From Sedimentisphaerales bacterium (GTDB lineage Bacteria > Planctomycetota > Phycisphaerae > Sedimentisphaerales > SM23-30): a DNA stretch of 64,000 nucleotides. Under the pieces are notes generated by a model. It had not been told where the DNA came from, searched no databases, and saw only the letters and a list, made by a program, of their open reading frames with translations. The stretch is taken from the NCBI GenBank assembly GCA_963666285.1, contig OY762711.1, one strand, 5' to 3'. The position numbers were made by a program, and so were the translations under genes. Shown piece after piece: positions 21,201 through 30,254 of this stretch; position 1 is the stretch's first letter, and each line of letters opens with the position of its first letter.

Positions 21201-24200
21201 TCATCATGGCAAACTTACACTTACCGAGGTATAGCAAGCCCGAGTATAATATCACAACCAGACAGTCAGTGGCGAGAATTTGTATTGGGCATGCTGGATG
21301 CCGGAGTGCTGCTGATTGATGATATTAGTGTTGTAGAAGATCCCGATGGTACTGCGATTCAGCTTTTGCAGAACGGTACTTTCGAAGATACTCCGGGTGA
21401 AAATTCCTGGCGATTATTGGGCACCCACCGCCATAGTTCTGTTGTTATTGATCCGTATGACTCGGCAAATCACGTCTTGAAGCTGGTTTCGACGGGTACA
21501 ACTGATCATATGCATAACCATATTGAAATCACTCTGGCAAATGGTAAAAGTGTTACAAATGGACAGACATATGAAATTTCGTTTCGAGCCAGGTGGGTTT
21601 CTGGTTCAAACCAGCTAAATACACGCTTATATTTTAACAGATTAGCAAACACTACACTGGTAGAAAAGCCGCGTTTGAATGGCACTCCGGGCACATTAAA
21701 TTCTCAATATGTCGTAAATCCCGGCCCTGTATTTTCTAATTTTAGTCACTTTCCAGCAGTGCCTCGCTTTGATGAAGACATAACAATTTCTGCAAAAATA
21801 AGTGATCCGTCCGGCATAGCAGGCGCAATAATGGAATGGCGTATCGATGGAAATACATGGAATTCAATCTCGATGACCACAAATGGTGATAGTTTGTATT
21901 CGGCTGTAATTCCTAAACAGGCCAGTGGTTCAATCGTTCAGTTTTATATCAGAGCAAGTGACCTGCAAGGGGCAATATCTGAATATCCGGTAGGCGGTCC
22001 TGATTCGCGGGCATTGTTCCGAGTCGATGATGGTTTAGCATCTGAAAATGGACTCCACAACATGCGTATTCTCACTACCAGTGATGATAATTCATGGCTG
22101 CATACAGACATTAATGTTATGAGTAATGACAGGATAGCTGCTACTGTAATTTATGATGAGGAAGAGATATTCTACAATGTTGGTATTCGGCTGAAAGGCA
22201 GCCAGCATCATCGTACACCATCTAACGAGGTTGGTTTTAATGTACAATTTCATGCTGACCAGCTATTTCGAGGTGTGCATAAAACTGTTGCTATAGACCG
22301 GTCACAGGGAGTAGGCTTCGGTCAGCGTGAGTTATTAATAAATCAGGCAATGAACCATTCTAATGCCGTAGCAAGCAAATATACCGACCTGATCAAATTG
22401 ATGCCAAATCTGGCTGTACATACCAGTACGGCAGAGCTGCAGCTTGCCAGGTTCAATGATGAGTTTCTTGATGGTCAGTTTGAAAATGGCAGCGATGGTA
22501 ACTTATATGAATATGAACTGGTTTACTATCCTCTCGCGACCAATAATGGTGACGAAGAAGGGTATAAAATACCACTTCCGGACAATCCCGTTGGGGTTGG
22601 AATTTATGATTTAGGTGTGGATAAAGAAGCATACCGTTGGCTATATCTGGGCAAAAATAACAGGGCCTGGGATTCGTATGATACTCTAATGGATTTTTGT
22701 AAGTTTTTCGGTGATTCATCCAATGTATACTACGAACAACTTGATTCGGTAATCGATATTGACATCTGGCTTGAGTCGTTTGCTATTGCAGTTGCAAGTG
22801 GTTCAGGTGATAATTATGGTGGTGACAATGCCGCACATAATGCGATGATTTATGTTCGGCCAGAAGATGGACGTGTATTATACTTCCCTCATGATCTGGA
22901 CTATGCATATGAAACAACTCGTTCTATTGTGCCAAACAGTGATTTAAACAAAATGATTGCTAATCCAAATTTGGAACGCCTGTATTATGGTTACTTGTAT
23001 CATATCCTCAACAGTTCTTATAATGTGACATATATGTCACATTGGACTGACCATTTTGGCGAACTACTGGTGGGGCAGAACTTTGATTCTTATCTGACTT
23101 TTATCGGTGAAAGATATAATTACTTGTCAGGAGAGTTGAATGCCAGGATCGCGGCTGATTATGGCTTCGTAATAACTGATTTAGATAAAGTTGTTGATAG
23201 TGATTCGACTACTATTGAAGGAAAAGCATGGATCAATGTTAAATCAATTCGATTGGTCGGGATGGATGGTGACCTTGATATCTCATGGAGTAAAACAGGC
23301 AGTGGAAGCAGTTCTGAATTCCATTGGCAGGCCAATGTGCCTTTAGAGCCGGGCGTTAATAATCTTGTTTTTGAAGCTACCGGGTTTAATGATGAACTGA
23401 TTGGCCAGGCATCAATTATAGTAACCAGCACGCTTGAGGACAGACCGCTACGAGAATTCTTCAAAATCAGTGAAATTATGTACGATCCACAAGGTGGAAC
23501 AGATTATGAATTTATCGAGGTTACAAACACTGGACCTGAATCTTTGGACTTGACCTATGTTTCATTTAATGATGGGATTGATTTTGCCTTTCTAAACAGT
23601 AATGTTAATAGTATAGATCCCGGTGAGTATGTTGTAATAGTTAAGGATATATCGGCATTTACATCACGGTACGGCTCGTCCGGTATTGTTGTTGCAGGTG
23701 AATATAGCGGCAAGCTGAGTAATGATGGTGAGAAACTTTCTATTATTGGCCAGTGGAATGCAGAGCTTGGCACAGTTACATATAATAATGGCCGTGGCTG
23801 GCCACTGGCAGCTTCTGGTGCCGGGCATTCGATAGTACGGGATAATAGTTTTGACGGCTCCGATGATTATGGTATGAATTGGAGGGCCAGTACTTATATG
23901 AATGGCTCTCCGGGGCAGGCTGATGTACAGTTGTGCCAATCTGTCGTAATTAACGAGATAATGGCACATACTGATTATTCTGATAATGATTATCCGGAAT
24001 ATGATTCTAATGACTGGATCGAACTTTTTAACCCTGGTTCATCTAACATTGTCCTCGACGCTGGAGAATGGTATTTAAGTGACGATGAAGATGATCTGAA
24101 AAAGTGGGAATTGCCACAAACAAATATATCAGCATTTGGTTATGTAAGTTTCGATGAAGTCACCGGTTTTAACAATCCGATTGGAACCGGTTTTGGATTA

Positions 24201-25079
24201 AATAAATCAGGTGAGAAACTTTACCTATCTTATCTGCCGGGTAATAATATGGACCGAATAGTGGATTGTGTTAGTTTTAAAGGTCAGGAAAATGATATTT
24301 CACTGGCACGATTACCTGATGCCGGAGTCTTTTGGCAGGCAGCAGTACCAACCAGGGACTACCAGAACCAGGTTGGCTTACCTCATGCTGTTATTAGCGA
24401 GCTAATGTACGATCCAATTGTTGACAATTATGAGTTTGTTGAGCTTTATAATCCAACAAATGATACAATATCGCTCTGGGATGACGAAACTAATAGTGGG
24501 TGGAGATTAGACGGAGGTATTTCCTATGACTTTAGTACAAACTCAGAAATTCCCCCATATGGTTATCTTCTTATTCTTCCATTCGATCCGACCGGCCTTG
24601 AGTATGAAGATTTTCTTGTACAGTATGGTATTTCACCGGCCGTATTGGAAGGTCCATATTCAGGTAAGCTTTCAAATGATGGAGAACGAGTAGCTCTGGA
24701 AAAGCCTGAAGCTGCCGATGACGGTACTGACGATAATTCTTGGGTTATCGTAGATGAGGTAATATATTCGGATATGGTACCGTGGCCAGGGGGAATCGCC
24801 GAGACCGGGTTAAGCTTGTGGCGTTTTGATAACTCAACCTCTGGTAACAATCCTGACAGCTGGAATATTGCATTAGCAAGTCCCGGGGCAGCAGTATGCG
24901 ACTTTAATGCCGATGGAGTTGTTAATATTGTCGACTGGTCCCTTATGGCCGACAATTGGTTCGTTTCTTCTACTGAACAGAATACACCATTTACTGGTGA
25001 TGTAATAAATACAGATTCAGGTATTGTTGATTTTGCTGACCTGGCTGTCCTGGTAGATATGTGGTTAAAGGGAAATTAA
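18234..25079 (+). CDS. Giant secreted lamin-tail-domain / CotH-kinase protein with dockerin-like tail
   Basis: About six LTD starts (xxNEIMY/SELMY...WIELYN). CotH-like GIRLKGS, DNYGG..HN, PHDLDYAY. Ends with two D.N.DG.V...D...WF/WL motifs. ORF is open from 18180; the ATG at 18234 follows AAGGTGG. Confidence 0.85.
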   Translation: MTCNMNLPVLICIFMVLFSGLSSDIYADSVVTFNEIMYHPEDSQADSEWIELYNQMAVDIDLSGWAIKGAVKYTFPEGTFISGGSYIVVAKLPDELISLAGTENVFGPFDGQLSNSGESLRLETGSGRVMDSITYNDKGSWPIGPDGSGVSLSKKNKNQASLYSQNWTHSHQVGGTPGAENFPVKDLRQNRVELVGKNDVWKYWDWGIDLGTEWKVSGYDTTYWRQGAAGFVFGYNVETGEMEPVTTLFSTGLDDDGFPLTTGSYDLHYEFTATGEPVYAMINHSAWLANDSSSQWIGFSSSGTDSQPVGLFPISTTFDLDGWDHETVGITMYIAVDNAVGDVLINGISTGITCNVYDSWCGPFVIDSGFVAGRNELTFNFINEGDSINPAGLRVWMEAEAMTSLGNTELTSCPQTCYFRKNFLYDPTDETTVGLSLDFTVDDGAVFYLNGQEIYRYNMPDGAVEYSTYAETDIVEILSNGEIQVPAEALVAGENIFAIEVHNVAAGESDFYFQAELTAIETPIDTAETVNLVFNELSASEAGPFWVEMVNYGNETLDLTGVVIHLDGQVDQEYVLPSGVLGAGDYIVLDETVLGFSPEVDDKMYLYWAGKQLLMDAAIVKDVLQGRETPDSDYFSYPQICTPGEDNIIGTNNDIVINEIMYHKGDIFASPGVYETVVLVSKGHQAKVLVPSASQVDTWTGADEPFDDSLWQDGYLGVGYDNEGDYNSDIGIDIHDDIYNQCQTFYVRTEFELTNTTTVGSMTLRMKYDDGFIVYLNGIKIAEVNAPDDPDWTSSSTGSHEASEYETFDVSDYVEALKNGSNILAIQGFNYGVTSSDLLVLPELSIVDEIVAPIEADESSEEWVELYNRGADTVNLEGWELDGDISYVFEAATLLNAGDYLVVARDREALLTDWPEINIVGDFDGRLSNSIGSVILRDPHDNIADEVKYYDGAPWPEDADGYNASLELCNPFADNNSALSWSASNEQDKSSWQTYTYRGIASPSIISQPDSQWREFVLGMLDAGVLLIDDISVVEDPDGTAIQLLQNGTFEDTPGENSWRLLGTHRHSSVVIDPYDSANHVLKLVSTGTTDHMHNHIEITLANGKSVTNGQTYEISFRARWVSGSNQLNTRLYFNRLANTTLVEKPRLNGTPGTLNSQYVVNPGPVFSNFSHFPAVPRFDEDITISAKISDPSGIAGAIMEWRIDGNTWNSISMTTNGDSLYSAVIPKQASGSIVQFYIRASDLQGAISEYPVGGPDSRALFRVDDGLASENGLHNMRILTTSDDNSWLHTDINVMSNDRIAATVIYDEEEIFYNVGIRLKGSQHHRTPSNEVGFNVQFHADQLFRGVHKTVAIDRSQGVGFGQRELLINQAMNHSNAVASKYTDLIKLMPNLAVHTSTAELQLARFNDEFLDGQFENGSDGNLYEYELVYYPLATNNGDEEGYKIPLPDNPVGVGIYDLGVDKEAYRWLYLGKNNRAWDSYDTLMDFCKFFGDSSNVYYEQLDSVIDIDIWLESFAIAVASGSGDNYGGDNAAHNAMIYVRPEDGRVLYFPHDLDYAYETTRSIVPNSDLNKMIANPNLERLYYGYLYHILNSSYNVTYMSHWTDHFGELLVGQNFDSYLTFIGERYNYLSGELNARIAADYGFVITDLDKVVDSDSTTIEGKAWINVKSIRLVGMDGDLDISWSKTGSGSSSEFHWQANVPLEPGVNNLVFEATGFNDELIGQASIIVTSTLEDRPLREFFKISEIMYDPQGGTDYEFIEVTNTGPESLDLTYVSFNDGIDFAFLNSNVNSIDPGEYVVIVKDISAFTSRYGSSGIVVAGEYSGKLSNDGEKLSIIGQWNAELGTVTYNNGRGWPLAASGAGHSIVRDNSFDGSDDYGMNWRASTYMNGSPGQADVQLCQSVVINEIMAHTDYSDNDYPEYDSNDWIELFNPGSSNIVLDAGEWYLSDDEDDLKKWELPQTNISAFGYVSFDEVTGFNNPIGTGFGLNKSGEKLYLSYLPGNNMDRIVDCVSFKGQENDISLARLPDAGVFWQAAVPTRDYQNQVGLPHAVISELMYDPIVDNYEFVELYNPTNDTISLWDDETNSGWRLDGGISYDFSTNSEIPPYGYLLILPFDPTGLEYEDFLVQYGISPAVLEGPYSGKLSNDGERVALEKPEAADDGTDDNSWVIVDEVIYSDMVPWPGGIAETGLSLWRFDNSTSGNNPDSWNIALASPGAAVCDFNADGVVNIVDWSLMADNWFVSSTEQNTPFTGDVINTDSGIVDFADLAVLVDMWLKGN

Positions 25080-25214
25080 CTTTATAAGTATATTATTTAA
25101 GGTAGGAATATTTATGTGCCCAAAACTGTAAATTGTGTTTTATTTATCTTTAACCGTTAATGCGGCACAGAAAATGCATTTTTGCTTAAAAGCAGTTATT
25201 TAAAATAAATTGAC

Positions 25215-26510
25215 ATATTCAGTTTTTAAAGAGCATTTATATGTTCAAGACGAAGTTTTCGTCGTTGTTAAGTTTTATCGAGAGCTGATTTATGTTGGTA
25301 CTTATTTTTTGTCGGCTCTCTACTATTGGACGGTATGTCGAAAGTGCGCTGATTTTTTTGGTGTGATGGTTGGCCCGAAAGTTTGTAAAGTGTTGGGGAT
25401 AATCGGGATAAAATTTTTGAAGACTTTAAATTTTCGCGTTTTGGTGGTTGTAAAAACGCAGTGATTTTTTCTTTGAAAAAATCAAGTGAAGAATTGCGGT
25501 GTCGCTTCGCGACGGTTAATTGATGGGTGACGAGAGGTGTGCGGGATATATACGGGGCAGCGCGGCGGGTGTGCGGAGGTGAAAAGGCAAATGGATTTGA
25601 ACGGGGCCGAATTGCGGGCTGCGGGCAGTATGCGGAGGAACGTTGAATGGGTGCGGCGGTATACGGACGGGAACGGAGCGGAAGCAGGGAAGTAGGTAAA
25701 AAGTAAGAGGTAAGAGGTAAGAGTTGAGGTGTCGCTACGCGACCAATTTTAAACGGCTACGCCGAAAAGCAGAACCACAGATTCACACCGATGCACACTG
25801 ATAAAGAAAAGAAATGGAAAGCGTTTCTAAAGTATCAAGTATAAAGGATAAAGTATAAAAAATCAAGAGAGCTGTCAGCAACAAGCTGTCAGCAACAAGC
25901 TATCAGCGGCCAGCGGCTAGTGAAGAGGAAATACGTGCTTCGCACTCTGGCACATCATTGGACAAGTCCAATGATGTGAAGGTGTCGCTTACGCGACCTG
26001 TTTTTATTATCGTGCCGAGTTTGTGCTAAGCGTTCACAGGTGTGAAAAGGTGTTGCCTTCGGTGAGGCAAATTGACTTATAAATGACAATAGCGGGGTGA
26101 AAGAAGGGTTAAAAAACGGAATGAAATTGAAGGTTTCGGGGATATAAGAATGAGTTCATGGCGGGTTTTGGAAAGTGTGCGGCGGGAAGGGGATTTTGCA
26201 GACATTATCGTAAGTTGTTATTGTTGGATTTTGGGCGGACCAGATGTCGCAGGGCGGCGAGCTACGCTAAATGAAAAATGAATAATTAAAAGTGAAAAAT
26301 TAAGGTGTTCGCCTGGCGGCTCACGGCTTGTTTAAAATTAGAACAGATGAGCAGCGAAATAGCAACCAGCTACCATTAAGCCAGCGAAGATAAAAACGTG
26401 CTGCGCACTGGGGCACATCATTAGACAAGTCCAATGATGTGAAGGTGTCGCTAGTGCGACGGTTGTTTTATGCTCAGCGTCTTCGACGAGCTCAAGATTT
26501 TAAACGGGGA
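25215..26510. repeat. Non-coding mosaic element, copy A
   Basis: Block-wise homologous to 48038-49740 (offset 22823 at the start); many hairpins and short tandem units. Confidence 0.85.
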
Positions 26511-26575
26511 CGAGGTTATTGCGTAAATGAGAGATATTTTATATCAAACTATTCTTCCTTTATTTTTGTTATTGG

Positions 26576-27328
26576 ATGTGTATTATATTATACTATCACA
26601 TGATGGTGGTTCATTTAGATAACAAAGGTTACATGATGGCTAAAATCTTTATAAACAATAAATTTCAAAAAATTAAAAAGCTAGTTTACTTGCACCTGGG
26701 CTTACTTCTGAGTATTATATTATATTTTGGCTTCCTTAATTTCTGCTTTTTTCAAGCAGGTTATGCAGCTGCCATAAATGACAGTCCATATTTCAATATA
26801 ATAATCTATACAGCATTTGCTTTGCCACTGTTTTTCTTAATACTCTTAGTCATTTACGGAGTTGTGCTTGTAAAGATCGGCATTCGATATATTTTTTATT
26901 CATTAGCTTTATGGATATTGTCTTTTCTAATTTATTGCTTAATAGGTTATTCTCTTAGTTTCTTTTTGAATTTTCCTATCGCAAAAGGTTATTATTGCTA
27001 TGTTAGGAATAATGTTGATATCTCTGAATTACAGACATGGCTAGCAGAATATGAGCATACAATTACAACTCAGGATAAATATAGCTCAGATAGAATATTC
27101 AAAGATAATTGGCCTGCTTGTATCAAAAAACTCAATCCAGTAGATGTGAGAATTTCAGGAGAAGAGCCCCAAAAATATATTCGAATCCAATATGGGAGTT
27201 TTGTTATTCCAAGCTTTGGTTTGTGTGTTATGGAAAAGCCCGTTGATATACCCTTAGATTCATATTATGATTCTGAGTATCGTATAAAACTATCTGATAA
27301 TGCATTTATATGGCAACAGATAAAATGA
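26576..27328 (+). CDS. Hypothetical membrane protein (3 TM plus soluble C-domain)
   Basis: 250-aa AT-rich ORF with three hydrophobic segments; start may be 26633. Confidence 0.7.
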   Translation: MCIILYYHMMVVHLDNKGYMMAKIFINNKFQKIKKLVYLHLGLLLSIILYFGFLNFCFFQAGYAAAINDSPYFNIIIYTAFALPLFFLILLVIYGVVLVKIGIRYIFYSLALWILSFLIYCLIGYSLSFFLNFPIAKGYYCYVRNNVDISELQTWLAEYEHTITTQDKYSSDRIFKDNWPACIKKLNPVDVRISGEEPQKYIRIQYGSFVIPSFGLCVMEKPVDIPLDSYYDSEYRIKLSDNAFIWQQIK

Positions 27329-27408
27329 TTTTTATGGGTAAGAATTAAAGGATATTTAAGGTCGTCAGACATGCTCTGTAGAAAAGCTCTTTAACAAATG
27401 AACAACAA

Positions 27409-27460
27409 CGATGTTGTGTGTTAGAACCATCAACATCAATTCACGGCATTGTGCCCAGTA
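27409..27460. repeat. 52-bp dispersed hairpin-forming repeat, copy 2
   Basis: 43/52 identical to 2386-2437. Confidence 0.7.
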
Positions 27461-27592
27461 TTTGCACGCATAGATTGTATCGCCAAAGTTACGTTTGATC
27501 ATGCTGATTATTGTATTCAAATTGACATCGATATTTCAGGTTTAACAGATTTTAGTGATCTTCAGATATTTGTTTCATTCTGGCTTGAATGA
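27461..27592 (+). pseudogene. Orphan remnant encoding a dockerin-like C-terminal tail
   Basis: Translates FARIDCIAKVTFDHADYCIQIDIDISGLTDFSDLQIFVSFWLE*; in-frame TAG at 27422 and no ATG. Confidence 0.55.
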
Positions 27593-27644
27593 TTATCGAA
27601 AGGGTTGTGAAACTGGTAATTATTTTGAGGCGATCGCAGTCAGT

Positions 27645-28385
27645 TTAGAACCAGATGCCGGAGGTTTCCCGCCTGATTCTGATTTCATCAATAACACCTC
27701 GACCAGATTTGGAGGCGGCTAAAAACAATATCGCATCAGCAATTTCACCAGCTTGTATGAGCTGATCTTTATTTATATCAGGGCGTACCTGCCCAACCAT
27801 GTCAGTATCAACACCACCAGGGCAAACAACATGAACTCGAAAGCCTTCCGGCTTTAATTCCTCAGCCAAGGCGATTGAGAAGCCACGAACGGCATGTTTT
27901 GATGCTGTGTATGCCGACTGTAAAGCATAACCTTTAACACCAACAACACTGGAAATATTGATAATAAGGCGTAATTCACCATTTCTCAATAAATCGAGGC
28001 ATTCGCGACACATAAGGAAAGTGCCACGTGCATTTATTGCCATGACCTTATCCCAATCTTCTGTTGAAGTATCAGCGATTGAACCGGAATGTGTTATGCC
28101 TGCATTATTTATCAGGCCATCAAGCTGTCCGAAGTCATTGTGTATCTTTTCGGACAAGCTGATAATATCCTGTTCAACGGCCATGTCAGCAACATAGTAT
28201 TCAGTTTGGGATTTCGAAATAGTAGAAAGCTGTTTTGCAGCATGTACAAGAGAAACTTCGTTTCTGCCACTAATGATAACTCTGGCACCAACTTCAGCAA
28301 AACATCTGGCTATCTCAAAACCGATGCCACGGCTGCCGCCTGTTATCAAAAAAACTTTATCTTGTAAAATTGAGTAATTAATCAT
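27645..28385 (-). CDS. SDR family NAD(P)-dependent oxidoreductase
   Basis: TGGSRGIG, NNAG, YTASK, CPGGVDT. Confidence 0.93.
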   Translation of the reverse strand: MINYSILQDKVFLITGGSRGIGFEIARCFAEVGARVIISGRNEVSLVHAAKQLSTISKSQTEYYVADMAVEQDIISLSEKIHNDFGQLDGLINNAGITHSGSIADTSTEDWDKVMAINARGTFLMCRECLDLLRNGELRLIINISSVVGVKGYALQSAYTASKHAVRGFSIALAEELKPEGFRVHVVCPGGVDTDMVGQVRPDINKDQLIQAGEIADAILFLAASKSGRGVIDEIRIRRETSGIWF

Positions 28386-28404
28386 AATAGAATTTTAGCT
28401 GAAA

Positions 28405-29865
28405 TTAATCAGCAGAACAGTATTTTTTTACAGTCCGCCAATTTAACCCTGTAATTTTTGAGACTTCCTGGTAGCTTTGATATTTATCATAGAGCTGACG
28501 GCAATATTGAGCGGTCAGGTCGGAAACTGTTAGCTCTTCAGAAAAAATATTATTTGAAACAGGGGGGGCAGAGGTATGAATCTCTGGCAATTTGCATGTT
28601 TTCTTAATAATTATCCGGCGGATTAATTGGGCCAGTTCTCTTACATTGCCAGGCCAGGAATAATTAAATGGGATTTCGCGTTGTAAAGTATCAAGAATTA
28701 GATTTATTAAAGAACTATCCTTATGTCCAAGCATTCGTTCGAATAGATGCTCAACAAGGTCAGTTAAATCATCAGGACGTTCGTCCAGACGCTGTCTCAA
28801 TGAAGGTACATTGATAACATCACTGCAAAGTCTATAATACAAATCGTCTCTGAATTTTCCTTCGCGACAAAACTCGTCAATGGGCTGGTGGGTTGCACCT
28901 ATAACACGGCCTTGAAAACGATTAACCGTATGGCTACCTAATGGTGTGTATGTACGTTCTTCCAGTACTTGTAATAATTTAACTTGAGTATGTAATTGTA
29001 TTTCAGCAATTTCATCCAAGAAAATTGAACCATATTGATTGCAACGTGAAAACATGCCATTATAACTGTCAACAGCACCGGTAAATGCACCTCGAGAGTG
29101 GCCAAATAGCTCAGATTCTACAAGTGTTTCAGGAAACTGAGAAAGATTGACAGAAACAAAGTTTTGCAAATAGCTGACATCAAACCGTTTCTTGTCATAA
29201 TTAAAAGGGATAAAACTACTATAACCTATAGCCTGAGCGGCAGCACCTTTGCCGCTGCCTGTCGGCCCGAGAAATAAAGTAGAGAAATCTTCCATTCGGT
29301 ACCAAAGTGTTTTAGTATAAATTTCAACGCTGCTGGTAAATATATTATTCCATAATGCTGCTCTAAAATTCTGCATGCATGAAGAATTACCTGAAAGACG
29401 TGTAGTAATAAACAACCAAGATCTTCTTAACTGATAAAAATAACTAAAAACCATACAAGTATGCTCTAAGTCAAAACCGCGATTACATAACTGCCCAATA
29501 ATATTATCAGCAAATGGAACAGTTAACGATTTGTTTTCCTGAGATAATTGTTTGAGTGCCAGCTCATCAAAATCAAAAATGCAATCATGATATAGCCGAA
29601 AACAAACGCAATAATAGAATAATTCACGATCCTTCCCAGAAAAATTATCCAATACGGCAGGGCGGCCCAATCTGGTGTCAATGTCGGAAATAAATTTATC
29701 AATTACGATATTGAACCCATCAGCTAAATCCTTACCGTCAAGCGGACCTTTATTTCCGGTAATGGCAATTTCCAATTCTAATGAATAGTCAGTGAATGGA
29801 TTAACTAAAACCTTGGAATATATAAGATTAAAAAAATTACGTTCTTTTGCTTTTAACTCGATCAT
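28405..29865 (-). CDS. Sigma-54-interacting AAA+ transcriptional activator
   Basis: GPTGSGK, ESELFGH.RGAFTGA, FLDEI, FRDDLYYRL, WPGNVREL, C-terminal HTH. Confidence 0.9.
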   Translation of the reverse strand: MIELKAKERNFFNLIYSKVLVNPFTDYSLELEIAITGNKGPLDGKDLADGFNIVIDKFISDIDTRLGRPAVLDNFSGKDRELFYYCVCFRLYHDCIFDFDELALKQLSQENKSLTVPFADNIIGQLCNRGFDLEHTCMVFSYFYQLRRSWLFITTRLSGNSSCMQNFRAALWNNIFTSSVEIYTKTLWYRMEDFSTLFLGPTGSGKGAAAQAIGYSSFIPFNYDKKRFDVSYLQNFVSVNLSQFPETLVESELFGHSRGAFTGAVDSYNGMFSRCNQYGSIFLDEIAEIQLHTQVKLLQVLEERTYTPLGSHTVNRFQGRVIGATHQPIDEFCREGKFRDDLYYRLCSDVINVPSLRQRLDERPDDLTDLVEHLFERMLGHKDSSLINLILDTLQREIPFNYSWPGNVRELAQLIRRIIIKKTCKLPEIHTSAPPVSNNIFSEELTVSDLTAQYCRQLYDKYQSYQEVSKITGLNWRTVKKYCSAD

Positions 29866-30254
29866 ACAGTCATTTAACCTCTAAATCATAATATGTACAA
29901 ATAATGTACATAGGATTATGCTGTATTACAAGATTAAAATATATACCATATCGAACAATATGGACAGGCAGTATATTCAAGGTATATAATTCGGCTTCAA
30001 TGTAATTAATGAATATTTTTAACAGAACAGTGACTTGATAAGGTGGTTTTAATGTAAAAGGGGCATTTTCTCCATATACCTCCAAGGTCCCATAATATAT
30101 ATTATGTTTCATTAGGGGTGGTAAGCTCAATGAAATCTATCTTATTGAAAATTCAGTAGTTATGAAAAGATAAAGTGACAGATTTTTAGTAATTAATGTG
30201 ACTTCTCGAATATGTTACATTACAAAATGATTTTGCGTATATTTGACCCTGGGC

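Noticed and set aside
6750..24955. Many 60-160 aa antisense or alternate-frame ORFs over large genes
   Set aside because: Shadow ORFs of well-supported CDSs with no recognisable motifs.
25210..25464. 84-aa ORF, and an open minus-strand frame with some synonymous-looking changes, in the element head
   Set aside because: Differences from copy B are mostly non-synonymous in the + frame. The - frame has no start in A and an in-frame stop in B.
25948..25962. TGGCAC in the hairpin cassette as a sigma-54 promoter
   Set aside because: The -12 position reads GA, not the required GC.
25931..26460. CRISPR array from the 28-bp palindromic repeat
   Set aside because: Only two copies per locus, 460-790 bp apart, with homologous flanks rather than unique spacers, and no cas genes.
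29870..30130. 86-aa TTG-start ORF upstream of the sigma-54 activator
   Set aside because: No motif or SD; probably AT-rich regulatory DNA.
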